From a virus (taxonomy: Duplodnaviria; Caudoviricetes): a stretch of 64,000 nucleotides of DNA. The stretch covers positions 32,001-96,000 of IMG/VR virus record IMGVR_UViG_3300012979_000002; one strand, given 5' to 3'. Position numbers and translations under genes: made by a program. Positions 18,000 to 27,246 of the stretch are shown piece after piece. The notes under the pieces were generated by a model that did not search any database, was not told the DNA's origin, and worked only from the letters and a program-made list of their open reading frames with translations. How positions within the stretch are numbered: position 1 is the first letter of the stretch; each line of letters begins with the position of its first letter.

Positions 18000-20552
18000 A
18001 TGTCATATCCTATTAAATTTTTAGTGGATAAAGAAGGAGTATCTTTTATCCCATACACTAATAGTCGAAGTGTATTAATTGATGGAACAGAGACTAAATT
18101 ACAAGACATTTTAGATGTTAAATTAGACCCAGCTGACGTTAAGGCTGGTGGTGATATTAAAGTAACTCCTACAAAGGACACTACTACTATAGCCTGGGTT
18201 CGTCCTACAAACTTAACCGTGCAAGACAATTTAACTACTGCAGCTGCCGGGCAAGGGGTATTAGACGCTCGTCAAGGAAAATTATTATTAGATAATATCA
18301 ATACTCGTATTTTGGCATCAGAAAAAGGAAAGGCTAATGGAGTGGCTACATTAGATGGCAACGGTAAAGTGCCAAGTGGTCAATTACCAGCTTACGTAGA
18401 CGATGTTATAGAATCATACATTGTAAGTGGAGCAACAGCATTAAGTAAGGGATGGTTATCCGCTACTTCAGGAGGAAGCGCCCTAACACCAGAAACAGGA
18501 AAGATTTATGTTATTATGAGTTCTGGTTCTTACCAAAATAAACAATACAGATGGGGAGGTAGCACATATGTATTGTGTAATCCATCTGATGTTAATTCAG
18601 TTAATGGTATGACTGGAGTTATTACTTTAAAAACATTAACATTAAAAACTGCAGCAGGTACTGCTAATACAGTAAATGAAACTTACAATGCTGGTACTGA
18701 TAAAACAGTTACAATTAATGTACCAACTAAAACTAGCCATATTACCAACGATAGTGGCTTTATCACTTCTTCAGCAAATATTACAGGTAATGCTACTACT
18801 GCTACAACTGCTGATAAGACAAAAGGTACATTAACTATTAAAATGAAAAACTATGACAACAACACCGAAACAACTGATACTTTTAATGGTAATGAAGATA
18901 AGACAATTACAATTGGAGTTCCTACTAAGGTTAGTCAATTAGAAAATGACTCTAAGTTCATCACTTCAAGTGCTTCTATTACAGGGAACGCAGCTACAGC
19001 TACTACTGCTACAACTGCTACGAAGACCCAAGGAACTTTAACAATTAAAATGAAGAATTATGATTCTAATACAGAAACTACAGATACCTTCAATGGTAAT
19101 GCAGATAAAACTATCACTATTGGAGTTCCAACAAAACTTAGTCAACTAAATAATGATACGGGTTTTATTTCATCTGTACCACAAGCAAGTACAACAGTAT
19201 CTGGTACTATTAAGATAGGTACTGGTTTGGCTATGGGAACTAATGGAGTAGTTTACGTAACAGGTGAAGGTGTTAGCGCCGAATCAATCGATTGGGAAAA
19301 CGTAACTAACAAGCCAACATATATTACAGACTGGAAAGATTATATTACTGCTGACAGCGATATTACAGGTAATGCTGCTACCGCTACAACATTAGAAACC
19401 GCTAGAACAATTAATGGAACATCGTTTAATGGTAGCAAAAATATTACAACTGCCAACTGGGGTACTGCTAGAAATATTAGTATATCAGATAGCGATGCTA
19501 CTAATACAGGTACAGCCGTATCTGTAAATGGTTCTGGAGCTGTAACCTTAAAATTACCAGCAACGATTAAAGCTTCATTAAGTGGTAAGGCAACAACAGC
19601 TGGAACAGCAGATAAAGCTAACAAAACAGCTGGAACATTAACAATCCAAAAAAATGGTACCAATGTAGCAACATTCGATGGTTCTGGTAATGCCACAGCA
19701 AATTTTACTTTTAAAACAAGTGAAATAACTAATGACAGTGGTTTCATTACAGCCAGCGCTTCAATCACTGGGAATGCAGGTACTGCTACAACTTTGGCAA
19801 CAGCAAGAACATTAACTATTGGTTCTACTGGTAAAACATTTAACGGTGGAGCTAATGTAAGCTGGACCTTAGACGAGATTGGAGCAGCCCCAAAAAGTCA
19901 TACACATAATTATGCTGGTTCATCTTCTGCTGGAGGAGCTGCAAACAGCGTTAAAACTAACTTAATTATTAAATTAAATAGCGGTACTACTGAAGGAACT
20001 AATCTATTTACTTTCAATGGTAGCACAGCTAAAACAATAAACATTACACCAAGTGCAATAGGAGCATCAGCATCTAGTCATGGTCATGATTATTTACCAT
20101 TAACCGGTGGAACAGTGTCAGGGCCAATAACCTCTTCACAAACTTCTTCAACTTGGATTAATTCAGCAAACGGAAAGAGTGCTATCAATTTAACTGGTAC
20201 AGGTTACACTGGATGGATAGCAGGTCCGTCTAAAACTGGTAGATTACTTATTTCAAGTTACTCAGGGAATGACGATAAAATATATTTTGGATATATGAGC
20301 AATGAAGCAATAACAGCAGGAACAAATTCCCTTACAAGACAAATGTCTTGGGACGGTGCTACTGGTACGCTAACTGCTACAACTTTTTCTGGAAAATTAG
20401 GTAATACTTTAACATTAACTAAAAATCGTTCAGATATAAGTTTTAATGGTTCAGCAGCACAAACTGTAATAATACCAACAATACATAATGGACCAGGCGT
20501 GCCAGCTGCATCATTAGGGCAAGACGGCGATATTTATATCGTAACAGGATAG
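18000..20552 (+). CDS. Tail fibre protein
   Basis: KGKANGVATLDGNGKVPSGQLP and VNSVNGMTG motifs; repeated ITGNAATAT, TARTINGTSFNGS and VPTKxSQLxNDSGF modules; C-terminal PAASLGQDGDIYI. Confidence 0.85.
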   Translation: MSYPIKFLVDKEGVSFIPYTNSRSVLIDGTETKLQDILDVKLDPADVKAGGDIKVTPTKDTTTIAWVRPTNLTVQDNLTTAAAGQGVLDARQGKLLLDNINTRILASEKGKANGVATLDGNGKVPSGQLPAYVDDVIESYIVSGATALSKGWLSATSGGSALTPETGKIYVIMSSGSYQNKQYRWGGSTYVLCNPSDVNSVNGMTGVITLKTLTLKTAAGTANTVNETYNAGTDKTVTINVPTKTSHITNDSGFITSSANITGNATTATTADKTKGTLTIKMKNYDNNTETTDTFNGNEDKTITIGVPTKVSQLENDSKFITSSASITGNAATATTATTATKTQGTLTIKMKNYDSNTETTDTFNGNADKTITIGVPTKLSQLNNDTGFISSVPQASTTVSGTIKIGTGLAMGTNGVVYVTGEGVSAESIDWENVTNKPTYITDWKDYITADSDITGNAATATTLETARTINGTSFNGSKNITTANWGTARNISISDSDATNTGTAVSVNGSGAVTLKLPATIKASLSGKATTAGTADKANKTAGTLTIQKNGTNVATFDGSGNATANFTFKTSEITNDSGFITASASITGNAGTATTLATARTLTIGSTGKTFNGGANVSWTLDEIGAAPKSHTHNYAGSSSAGGAANSVKTNLIIKLNSGTTEGTNLFTFNGSTAKTINITPSAIGASASSHGHDYLPLTGGTVSGPITSSQTSSTWINSANGKSAINLTGTGYTGWIAGPSKTGRLLISSYSGNDDKIYFGYMSNEAITAGTNSLTRQMSWDGATGTLTATTFSGKLGNTLTLTKNRSDISFNGSAAQTVIIPTIHNGPGVPAASLGQDGDIYIVTG

Positions 20553-20567
20553 GAGGTGGAGTAAATT

Positions 20568-21902
20568 ATGGCTGGAAATATTAGAGGTAGATATTATGCC
20601 GAAGGTAATAGTTTTAAAGCAAATGTAACAACCAAGGGTAACGCCAGCTCTGCTGGTGGTGCTACCTCAGCATCGCAAATTAGCTCTGGCGCTACAATAT
20701 ATTACAGAAAGCATTCGGCTGGAGCTGCCTATCCAATTGCGGTTTGTAAAACTAACAATAACTGGGTTGATGGTTGGTATCCATTAAACATTGTCCCATG
20801 GGCTACGTATCCCGTATATTTAGATGCAAATGGAGGTTCTGGCGTTGCAGAATCAATCACTAAGACATGGGGAACCAATTACACGCTACCAGAACCAACG
20901 ACCGCCAAGCCTTCTGTAACCTCAGATGGATATAAAGTTACTTATAGTTATGGCAATGGTAACGCTAATACTTCGGAAACGGTAAAAAACACCACTTCAT
21001 ATACATTTGGATACTGGGTTGATGCTAGTTCCGGTGCTACAATAGCACAACCTTTTTCAGATGTTATCAAGGACGACCTAACTGGTTCTGATTCAATTTC
21101 TTATACGGGAGGAACGGCACCTGCCTCACGTTCTTTTAAAGCATATTGGGTAGATTCTTTTAAACGTGGTAGTGTAACGTTACCAACACCAACTTGGGCT
21201 AACACAACAACATCAGGTACTATTACTTATAATGCTTCCACTAATGGAGGTACATCTACTAAGGCATCTGATACTGTTAATTTAAAAGTAACGCATACGT
21301 TTAATGGTTGGTATAATGGAAGTACTAAAGTTGGTAACGCTGGTGCAAGTTATACACCTACAGCTAACGTTACTTTAACAGGTAACTGGACGAACACTTC
21401 AACGGGTAGTGCAAACATTACATTGCCTACTGCTTCTAAGGCAAACGGAACAGCTAGTCGTACGGTTACTATTAATGCTAACGGGGGTTCTACAACCGTA
21501 AGTTCTCGTAAATCAAATGCGACAATCACTTACACAAGTACTGGTTGGTGGACTGCTGCAAGCGGAGGTACAAAGGTTGGGAACAATGGTGCATCTATTA
21601 CACCATCAACAGCCCCTATCACGTATTATGCTCAGTTTAGTAGTTCAACTGGTTCATATAGTGCGGTAACATTGCCTACTGCAGCGCAATGCACCCGTAC
21701 AAATCATACTTTAAAAGGCTTCGCTACAAGCAGCACAGCTACGACAGCGGCATATGCTCCAGGAGCTTCTTATACACCAAGTGGTAATGTAACACTATAT
21801 GCCGTATGGGAAGATTTAACTGGTAGAGTATATGTTAAAAAAGATGGAGCTTGGGTACAAGCTAAAGCTGTTTATACTAAAGTAAACGGGGCTTGGGTAT
21901 AG
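20568..21902 (+). CDS. Putative fibre-tip adhesin with InlB-B (Listeria-Bacteroides) repeats
   Basis: LDANGGS, TFNGW and TLYAVW repeat motifs; C-terminal VYVKKDGAWVQAKAVYTKVNGAWV. Confidence 0.75.
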   Translation: MAGNIRGRYYAEGNSFKANVTTKGNASSAGGATSASQISSGATIYYRKHSAGAAYPIAVCKTNNNWVDGWYPLNIVPWATYPVYLDANGGSGVAESITKTWGTNYTLPEPTTAKPSVTSDGYKVTYSYGNGNANTSETVKNTTSYTFGYWVDASSGATIAQPFSDVIKDDLTGSDSISYTGGTAPASRSFKAYWVDSFKRGSVTLPTPTWANTTTSGTITYNASTNGGTSTKASDTVNLKVTHTFNGWYNGSTKVGNAGASYTPTANVTLTGNWTNTSTGSANITLPTASKANGTASRTVTINANGGSTTVSSRKSNATITYTSTGWWTAASGGTKVGNNGASITPSTAPITYYAQFSSSTGSYSAVTLPTAAQCTRTNHTLKGFATSSTATTAAYAPGASYTPSGNVTLYAVWEDLTGRVYVKKDGAWVQAKAVYTKVNGAWV

Positions 21903-21917
21903 GAGGTGAAATAAATT

Positions 21918-23231
21918 ATGGCAGAATTAACATATAAAAAGTCCAACAATGGATATAATCAGGGTAGTAGTTTATTTTGTTTCGTACTAGACGGTGGTTA
22001 TGATACAGTTGGTGATGGTAAAGCTCGTGTTTGGGCTGATTGTTATTTATATTGTTCATGGGGTACTTCGTCTACCCCTTTCTATGGTTATAGTAGCCAA
22101 AGAGGGGGTTGGATAAACGGAGAATGTTTGTTCTGGGGTGAATTTGCTGAAAGTGGTGGCTCAAGTTGGCCATCTAGTGCAAGCTCTTGGTCTGGCAATT
22201 CTAGAACTATTGGAGGCACTGCGTATAAACAGAGAGCTCATGTGTTCTCAATTAGTAAAACTATTACATATGATTATGGTACAACGCCTAAAATTCCTGT
22301 TAGAATGACCTATACTCCTCAATGGACAGGTGGTTATGCTCCTAGCTCAAGTGTAGATATAACTGGCTATGTTACGTTGCCAGAACAAGCGCCACCAGCG
22401 CAATATTTTGATTTAAATGGTAGCTTAGATGGTACGGCACAGGGTGGTATTAGCCCTATGGGTACTGCTGACGTAACCATAGGCGGGACAAAGGTATTAG
22501 AGAATGGTACAGATTATTATACACAGCACGCCGTTGGTTCATCTTATACCGTAAATGATATTAAAGCCAATGCAGGTTATACCTATACTGGTAATAGTAG
22601 CTATACTGGTACCATAGGTAATTCTACAACAACTGTAGTTCTACCATTTACTACCAATTCATATACAGTATCATATAATGCCAATGGTGGAACTAGCACT
22701 CCAAACACACAAACGGCAAAATATAACACTTCTGTAAACCTAGCGTCAGCTATTAAGAAAAATAATACAAATGCTAATGTAACTATCACTATAACTTACA
22801 ATGCAAATGGAGGTTCTGGAGCACCGGGCAATAGTACCGGTACTGCTGTAAATACAACCCCATATACTTTCAGTAAATGGGCATTGGGCAGTACTTCGGG
22901 AACCAAATATGGTGCTGGAGACCCATATACTATTCCAGCGCAAAACAGTGTTATGTACGCAACTTGGACCACAGGTACCACTACCAGAAAATCAAATCCA
23001 AGTATCACTTTAAGTAATACAAAACCAACAAGAAGCGGTTATGTATTTAAAGGATGGAGTACTAGTTCAACGGCTACCTCTGCTTCATATAATGCCAATA
23101 CAGCCTATACTTTTAGTGCTAATACGACTTTATATGCCGTATGGGAGCCAAGCACTCAAGGAAATATTTATGTTAAACAAAACGGGGCTTGGGTATTAGT
23201 ATCTACTAAATACCTATGGGCTTATAGATAG
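21918..23231 (+). CDS. Putative fibre-tip adhesin with InlB-B repeats
   Basis: YTVSYNANGG, KPTRSGYVFKGW, TLYAVW; C-terminal IYVKQNGAWV. Confidence 0.75.
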   Translation: MAELTYKKSNNGYNQGSSLFCFVLDGGYDTVGDGKARVWADCYLYCSWGTSSTPFYGYSSQRGGWINGECLFWGEFAESGGSSWPSSASSWSGNSRTIGGTAYKQRAHVFSISKTITYDYGTTPKIPVRMTYTPQWTGGYAPSSSVDITGYVTLPEQAPPAQYFDLNGSLDGTAQGGISPMGTADVTIGGTKVLENGTDYYTQHAVGSSYTVNDIKANAGYTYTGNSSYTGTIGNSTTTVVLPFTTNSYTVSYNANGGTSTPNTQTAKYNTSVNLASAIKKNNTNANVTITITYNANGGSGAPGNSTGTAVNTTPYTFSKWALGSTSGTKYGAGDPYTIPAQNSVMYATWTTGTTTRKSNPSITLSNTKPTRSGYVFKGWSTSSTATSASYNANTAYTFSANTTLYAVWEPSTQGNIYVKQNGAWVLVSTKYLWAYR

Positions 23232-23242
23232 TAATTAGATTT

Positions 23243-23271
23243 TAAGCCCGGATTATTTACTATATATAGAG
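23243..23271 (+). promoter_or_regulatory. Putative late promoter
   Basis: TAAGCC-N9-TACTATATATAGAG. Confidence 0.6.
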
Positions 23272-23299
23272 AGAGAAAAACTATAAAGGAGGTATAAAT

Positions 23300-23947
23300 G
23301 TGGAAACTATATTAGACACAGCGAAAACACTGGGAACAGCCATAGCTGAGTTCATTTTATTAATTTATTTTTGTAAACAGTACATTGAAAAGAACTCAGA
23401 CCGTATTAATATAGGTAGAGGCGTAAAAGAACAAAGTGAAATTAGCAAAGAAATTATTGATACCATGGACCACTACAAAGAATTATTAGGCGCCGACCGC
23501 ATTTTACTTTTTGAATTTCATAACGGACAGCACTATTCAAACTATCGTAGTGCTTTAAAAATGTCGGCTTCATATGAGGTATACAGAGCAGGTTTAGAAA
23601 GCGTACGTGATAAATGTACCGGACTTCCTATTGCAGTAATGCCTCATTTTGTGGCGGCTATTACTAATGAAGGTCAAGCATGGTGTCGTGACATTGAAGA
23701 AATTAAAGGCAAAATGGGGAGCAGTTACGAATTTAAGAAGAACTTAGGTATTAAGTCATTTTATGATGTGGCTATTAGAGATAGCGCAGGAAATACCATT
23801 GGTTTTGTAGCTGTTCAGTGGAACGATACAATGCCAGGCATCGACCCTCATAACATTGATAGGTTAGCTGGGTATCTAGAATCATCAGTTAAAAAGCTAA
23901 CTCAATTAGATAAACAAGAGAAAAAAAAGTTTAATTTTTTTAAATAA
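23300..23947 (+). CDS. Membrane-anchored GAF-like domain protein (architecture similar to T4 holin T)
   Basis: GTG start after GGAGG; N-terminal hydrophobic helix; GAF-like pattern (ELLGADRILLFEFHNG...LGIKSFYDVAIRDSAGNTIGFVAVQW). Confidence 0.6.
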   Translation: METILDTAKTLGTAIAEFILLIYFCKQYIEKNSDRINIGRGVKEQSEISKEIIDTMDHYKELLGADRILLFEFHNGQHYSNYRSALKMSASYEVYRAGLESVRDKCTGLPIAVMPHFVAAITNEGQAWCRDIEEIKGKMGSSYEFKKNLGIKSFYDVAIRDSAGNTIGFVAVQWNDTMPGIDPHNIDRLAGYLESSVKKLTQLDKQEKKKFNFFK

Positions 23948-23948
23948 A

Positions 23949-23975
23949 AAGACCTCGGTCTTCTTTATTTTTTTT
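23949..23975 (+). terminator. Probable terminator
   Basis: AAGACC-TC-GGTCTT short stem followed by a long T-tract. Confidence 0.6.
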
Positions 23976-23985
23976 ATTTAGATAA

Positions 23986-24001
23986 TACTATATATTTAAG
24001 G
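23986..24001 (+). promoter_or_regulatory. Putative late-promoter motif
   Basis: TACTATATATTTAAGG after a terminator. Confidence 0.5.
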
Positions 24002-24035
24002 AAAGGAGAAAAGTGATAGTATAAAGGAGGCAAAA

Positions 24036-25160
24036 ATGTTTAAAGTAAAAGTATTATTACAATTCACAGATTTAACTACTAAAAGAAAGGAAGTGCGCAA
24101 ACCAGGAGATATTTACACAATAGACAACTATGACCGTGTAGAAGTTCTGTTAGGGAAGAACCCCCGCAAGGCAAAATTTGTAGAACTAATTGAAATTGAA
24201 AAACAATGCCCTACTACACACACGGAAAATAAAATCGTGGTTTTCCAAGACCTGTTGTATCGTATAGGAGGTATCGAAACTTTTGTGTTCAATTTCGTAA
24301 AGAACTTTAAAGACTATGACATTACTGTTATAGCTCGTGAATTTGCGTTAACACAAATGTTGGCTATAGCTCAATACGCTACTGTGAAGAAATATACGGA
24401 GGAGAGAATAGAGTGTGATACATTAATTCTAGGCAATTATAATTGCGACTATGTATTACCAAGGGTAAAAGCAAAAAAGATATATCAGATAATACATGCT
24501 GATTGGAGAGGTATTAAACAATTACCAGCATGGAAGGATTTCAAATGGACAAAGAACAAACGCATCGATGAAATCATTTGTGTATCGGATACGGCAGCTA
24601 CTGGATTAAAAGCTACCATGAATTATGATAGTAAGGTTATCCATAATATTTTAGACAATGATTATACCATAGAGGATGGCTTAACTTTCATAACAATGTC
24701 AAGAGCTACCCCAGAGAAAGGTATCGAACGAATGTTAAAAATGGCTCAAGAGTTTAAAAAAGCCAATAAAAAGTTTGTATGGTTTGTATGCTGTACATTA
24801 GACCAAGCCGATAGAAAAATTGTAGAGGCTATTAAACAGATACCAGAATTTGTAATCATCCCACCAAGCATTCATAATAAAATGCTAATTAAAGGATGCG
24901 ATTATTTAGTACAATTAAGTGATACAGAAAGTTTTTGTTATAGTGCCTATGAGGCATTACAACGCAATGTACCTGTTATTTTAACTGATTTCCCAGAAGC
25001 TCATAACATTGTAGATGATGGAGAAAACGGTTTTATTATAAAAAGAGATTTAAGCAATTTGGACGTAGATAGAATTTTCAATGAACGTCCTAAATCAACA
25101 TATTATGTAGATAGATGTAACCAAGATTTATGGTTGCAAGTTTTTAAAGGAGAATTATAG
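24036..25160 (+). CDS. GT-B (GT4-like) glycosyltransferase with an extra ~55-aa N-terminal domain
   Basis: IGGIET, IIHAD, ICVS, IHN, SRATPEKG, LSDTESFCYSAYEALQRNVPVILTD (E-x7-E), VDDGENGF. Confidence 0.9.
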   Translation: MFKVKVLLQFTDLTTKRKEVRKPGDIYTIDNYDRVEVLLGKNPRKAKFVELIEIEKQCPTTHTENKIVVFQDLLYRIGGIETFVFNFVKNFKDYDITVIAREFALTQMLAIAQYATVKKYTEERIECDTLILGNYNCDYVLPRVKAKKIYQIIHADWRGIKQLPAWKDFKWTKNKRIDEIICVSDTAATGLKATMNYDSKVIHNILDNDYTIEDGLTFITMSRATPEKGIERMLKMAQEFKKANKKFVWFVCCTLDQADRKIVEAIKQIPEFVIIPPSIHNKMLIKGCDYLVQLSDTESFCYSAYEALQRNVPVILTDFPEAHNIVDDGENGFIIKRDLSNLDVDRIFNERPKSTYYVDRCNQDLWLQVFKGEL

Positions 25161-25161
25161 T

Positions 25162-25431
25162 ATGAGAAAGACGGCTGCTTTTTGGACCGAGGACTTGCTG
25201 AATAAGTTTATAAGAGTGGCCATGCTTACCCCAGAGGAAAGCGAAATAATCAGGTTGAGAATATATAGCTACACTTTGGAAGAAATAGCGGCTGCCACCG
25301 GCTTGAGTACCAGCACTGTTTCTCGCAGAATAAAATTATTAAATGACAAATACGATGAAGTGGAAGTAGAATATGGGTTCCCTCATAGAACCAAATTAAT
25401 TAAGATGGATAAAGATGAGTATCCATCTTAA
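25162..25431 (+). CDS. Small HTH DNA-binding protein (LuxR/sigma region 4-like)
   Basis: LTPEESEIIRLRIYSYTLEEIAAATGLSTSTVSRRIKLL. Confidence 0.85.
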   Translation: MRKTAAFWTEDLLNKFIRVAMLTPEESEIIRLRIYSYTLEEIAAATGLSTSTVSRRIKLLNDKYDEVEVEYGFPHRTKLIKMDKDEYPS

Positions 25432-25446
25432 TTTTTTTTGCCTTTT

Positions 25447-25582
25447 TATCATTTCTCTATCACTAGTTTATCATAATTTTATTAAGTTCTTTTCATAGTT
25501 TTATCATTATCATATCAAAAGCTTGCGAACCCTTGTAAATAAAGGCTTCGCAGCTCTTTTTTCTTTTTATCATTTTTTATTA
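25447..25582. repeat. Phased array of TATCA-like boxes with an 11-bp period
   Basis: TATCA/TATTA/TTTCA at 25447, 25458, 25469, 25480, 25491, 25502, 25513; again at 25568 (55 nt later, in phase) and 25578. Confidence 0.85.
25520..25568 (+). terminator. Imperfect inverted repeat/terminator embedded in the phased array
   Basis: AGCTTGCGAACCCTT-GTAAATA-AAGGCTTCGCAGCT followed by a T-rich tract. Confidence 0.6.
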
Positions 25583-25588
25583 AACTGC

Positions 25589-25603
25589 TACTATATGAGT
25601 GAA
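25589..25603 (+). promoter_or_regulatory. Degenerate late-promoter-like motif upstream of the four-gene cassette
   Basis: TACTATATGAGTGAA, adjacent to the last phased box. Confidence 0.4.
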
Positions 25604-25639
25604 AGATAAAAAACAAAAAAAGAAAAGAGGTGATACAAA

Positions 25640-25891
25640 ATGTTTATAGGTAGTTTTTTTAGGGTACGCGACAGAACTGAAGCGGAACGAGCAATACCTA
25701 CAGGGACAGGCTCTACAATTATATTTATAGAAACCGAAAATAAGTTGTATGAGAAGAATAGATATGGAATGCTATTAGAGTATAATTTAGGCTTGTCCCC
25801 TAATGCTGAGCTTGATAAGCGTCTAACCGAATTGGAGACCGCTTTTAAAAAATTAAATGAAGAACTAGGAGGAACACAAAATGAGATTTAA
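25640..25891 (+). CDS. Cassette gene 1: small beta domain plus C-terminal coiled coil
   Basis: GAGGTG RBS; 83 aa; ELDKRLTELETAFKKLNEEL heptads. Confidence 0.75.
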   Translation: MFIGSFFRVRDRTEAERAIPTGTGSTIIFIETENKLYEKNRYGMLLEYNLGLSPNAELDKRLTELETAFKKLNEELGGTQNEI

Positions 25892-26126
25892 CCCACAAAC
25901 ACTAATGCAAATGATGGTACAAAGAGACCCTGGACTAATGCAACGCTTTCAACAATTTCAACAAATGATGCAGAATAGTCCACAAATGCAACAACAGTAT
26001 ATGGCTTTCCGTAAGGATATAGCTAACAACCCACAAATGCAAGACCAGGCGGTGAAGAGTGTAATTGATAAAATTAACAATTTACCACCAGCTGGGGGAC
26101 CAACACCCCCAACAAACATTGGATAA
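25881..26126 (+). CDS. Cassette gene 2: Gln/Met-rich low-complexity helical protein
   Basis: GGAGG RBS; LMQMMVQRDPGLMQRFQQFQQMMQNSPQMQQQ. Confidence 0.75.
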   Translation: MRFNPQTLMQMMVQRDPGLMQRFQQFQQMMQNSPQMQQQYMAFRKDIANNPQMQDQAVKSVIDKINNLPPAGGPTPPTNIG

Positions 26127-26184
26127 CACTTACTGGGCCCAGTCAAGTTTATCATATATATAGGAAAAGGAGGAAGGAAACACT

Positions 26185-26766
26185 ATGGAAACAATGAATG
26201 GAATTATGCCAGTATATAATATGGCAGACAACAACACTAATCGATGTGGATTTGGAGGAGGAGACGACTGGATTTGGTTATTAGTCTTCTTCGCTTTAAT
26301 GGGAGGAAATGGCTTCGGATTTGGTAACAATGCTAGCGCAGTTACATCAGATTTCTTATTAAATCAAACTAGCCGTTTAAGCGAACAAATCTTAACGCAA
26401 GCTAATGCTACTAATCAAGGTATCTGCGATTCTACTTATGCTATTAATAATAGTTTAAAAGATTTGGGGGCACAATTATCTCAATGCTGCTGCGACAACA
26501 GATTTGAGATGTCTCAAGGCTTCTGCGGAGTAAACAGAAACATAGACAACCTAAGATACGAAATGGCAGAAAAATTCTGTGCAGTTTACAACAATCAAGC
26601 TAGAGACACAGCTCAAATCTTACAAGCTATTTCAGACAAAGGATACCAAGAACAAATTAGAGAATTAGAAAGAGATAATTTAGCATTATCTCAACGTAAC
26701 CAAACTACAACCATTTTATCAGCAGTCCAAGATATGTTAAAAAACAGCGGAACTATTTCAGCGTAG
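26185..26766 (+). CDS. Cassette gene 3: Gly-flanked hydrophobic segment plus coiled coil with a CCC motif
   Basis: AAGGAGG RBS; GFGGGDDWIWLLVFFALMGGNGFGFG; AQLSQCCCDNRF; N/Q-rich coiled coil. Confidence 0.8.
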   Translation: METMNGIMPVYNMADNNTNRCGFGGGDDWIWLLVFFALMGGNGFGFGNNASAVTSDFLLNQTSRLSEQILTQANATNQGICDSTYAINNSLKDLGAQLSQCCCDNRFEMSQGFCGVNRNIDNLRYEMAEKFCAVYNNQARDTAQILQAISDKGYQEQIRELERDNLALSQRNQTTTILSAVQDMLKNSGTISA

Positions 26767-26769
26767 ATA

Positions 26770-27246
26770 ATGTTTAAGACTTACATGGACCGCATTTACG
26801 ATAGATACCACACGGAAACTACGATGCACGATACAATAGCAATTATATCAGAGATTATGGAAGAAGTGAGAGTAAAGGATGAGAAGATATATAATGACAT
26901 GATTTGCAAGTTAAAAAAGTATATGTATAAAGTTAGTTTAGAGGAAGCGGAAAGTATAGTTGCTAATATGTGGAACGAGTATGGTGTAAAAGGTGGTCGA
27001 TGGACATACGACCAAGTATGTGAAGTTGCCAAACAATACTCTATACCCGAAACGATAGATAGGTGTGAGTTATATGTCGTAATGAATATGTGGGCTACGG
27101 ACTATCAAAGAACCATGCAACACTATGGTTTAGACGATAGGGTAGACATTTATTTAATGTTCAGTTGTGATTGGCTAACAGATTGCGACTTTGGTAAAGG
27201 TAAAGTATATAAATACTTTGTAGAAATGAAGAAAGAGGATGAATAA
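26770..27246 (+). CDS. Cassette gene 4: helical protein of unknown function
   Basis: 158 aa; EAESIVANM...GGRWTYDQV...LYVVMNMWATDY...DWLTDCDFGKGKVYKYF. Confidence 0.75.
   Translation: MFKTYMDRIYDRYHTETTMHDTIAIISEIMEEVRVKDEKIYNDMICKLKKYMYKVSLEEAESIVANMWNEYGVKGGRWTYDQVCEVAKQYSIPETIDRCELYVVMNMWATDYQRTMQHYGLDDRVDIYLMFSCDWLTDCDFGKGKVYKYFVEMKKEDE

Noticed and set aside
25431-25640. CRISPR mini-array
   Set aside because: The repeat core is 5 bp with 6-bp spacers, far too short for repeat-spacer units, and no cas genes are present.
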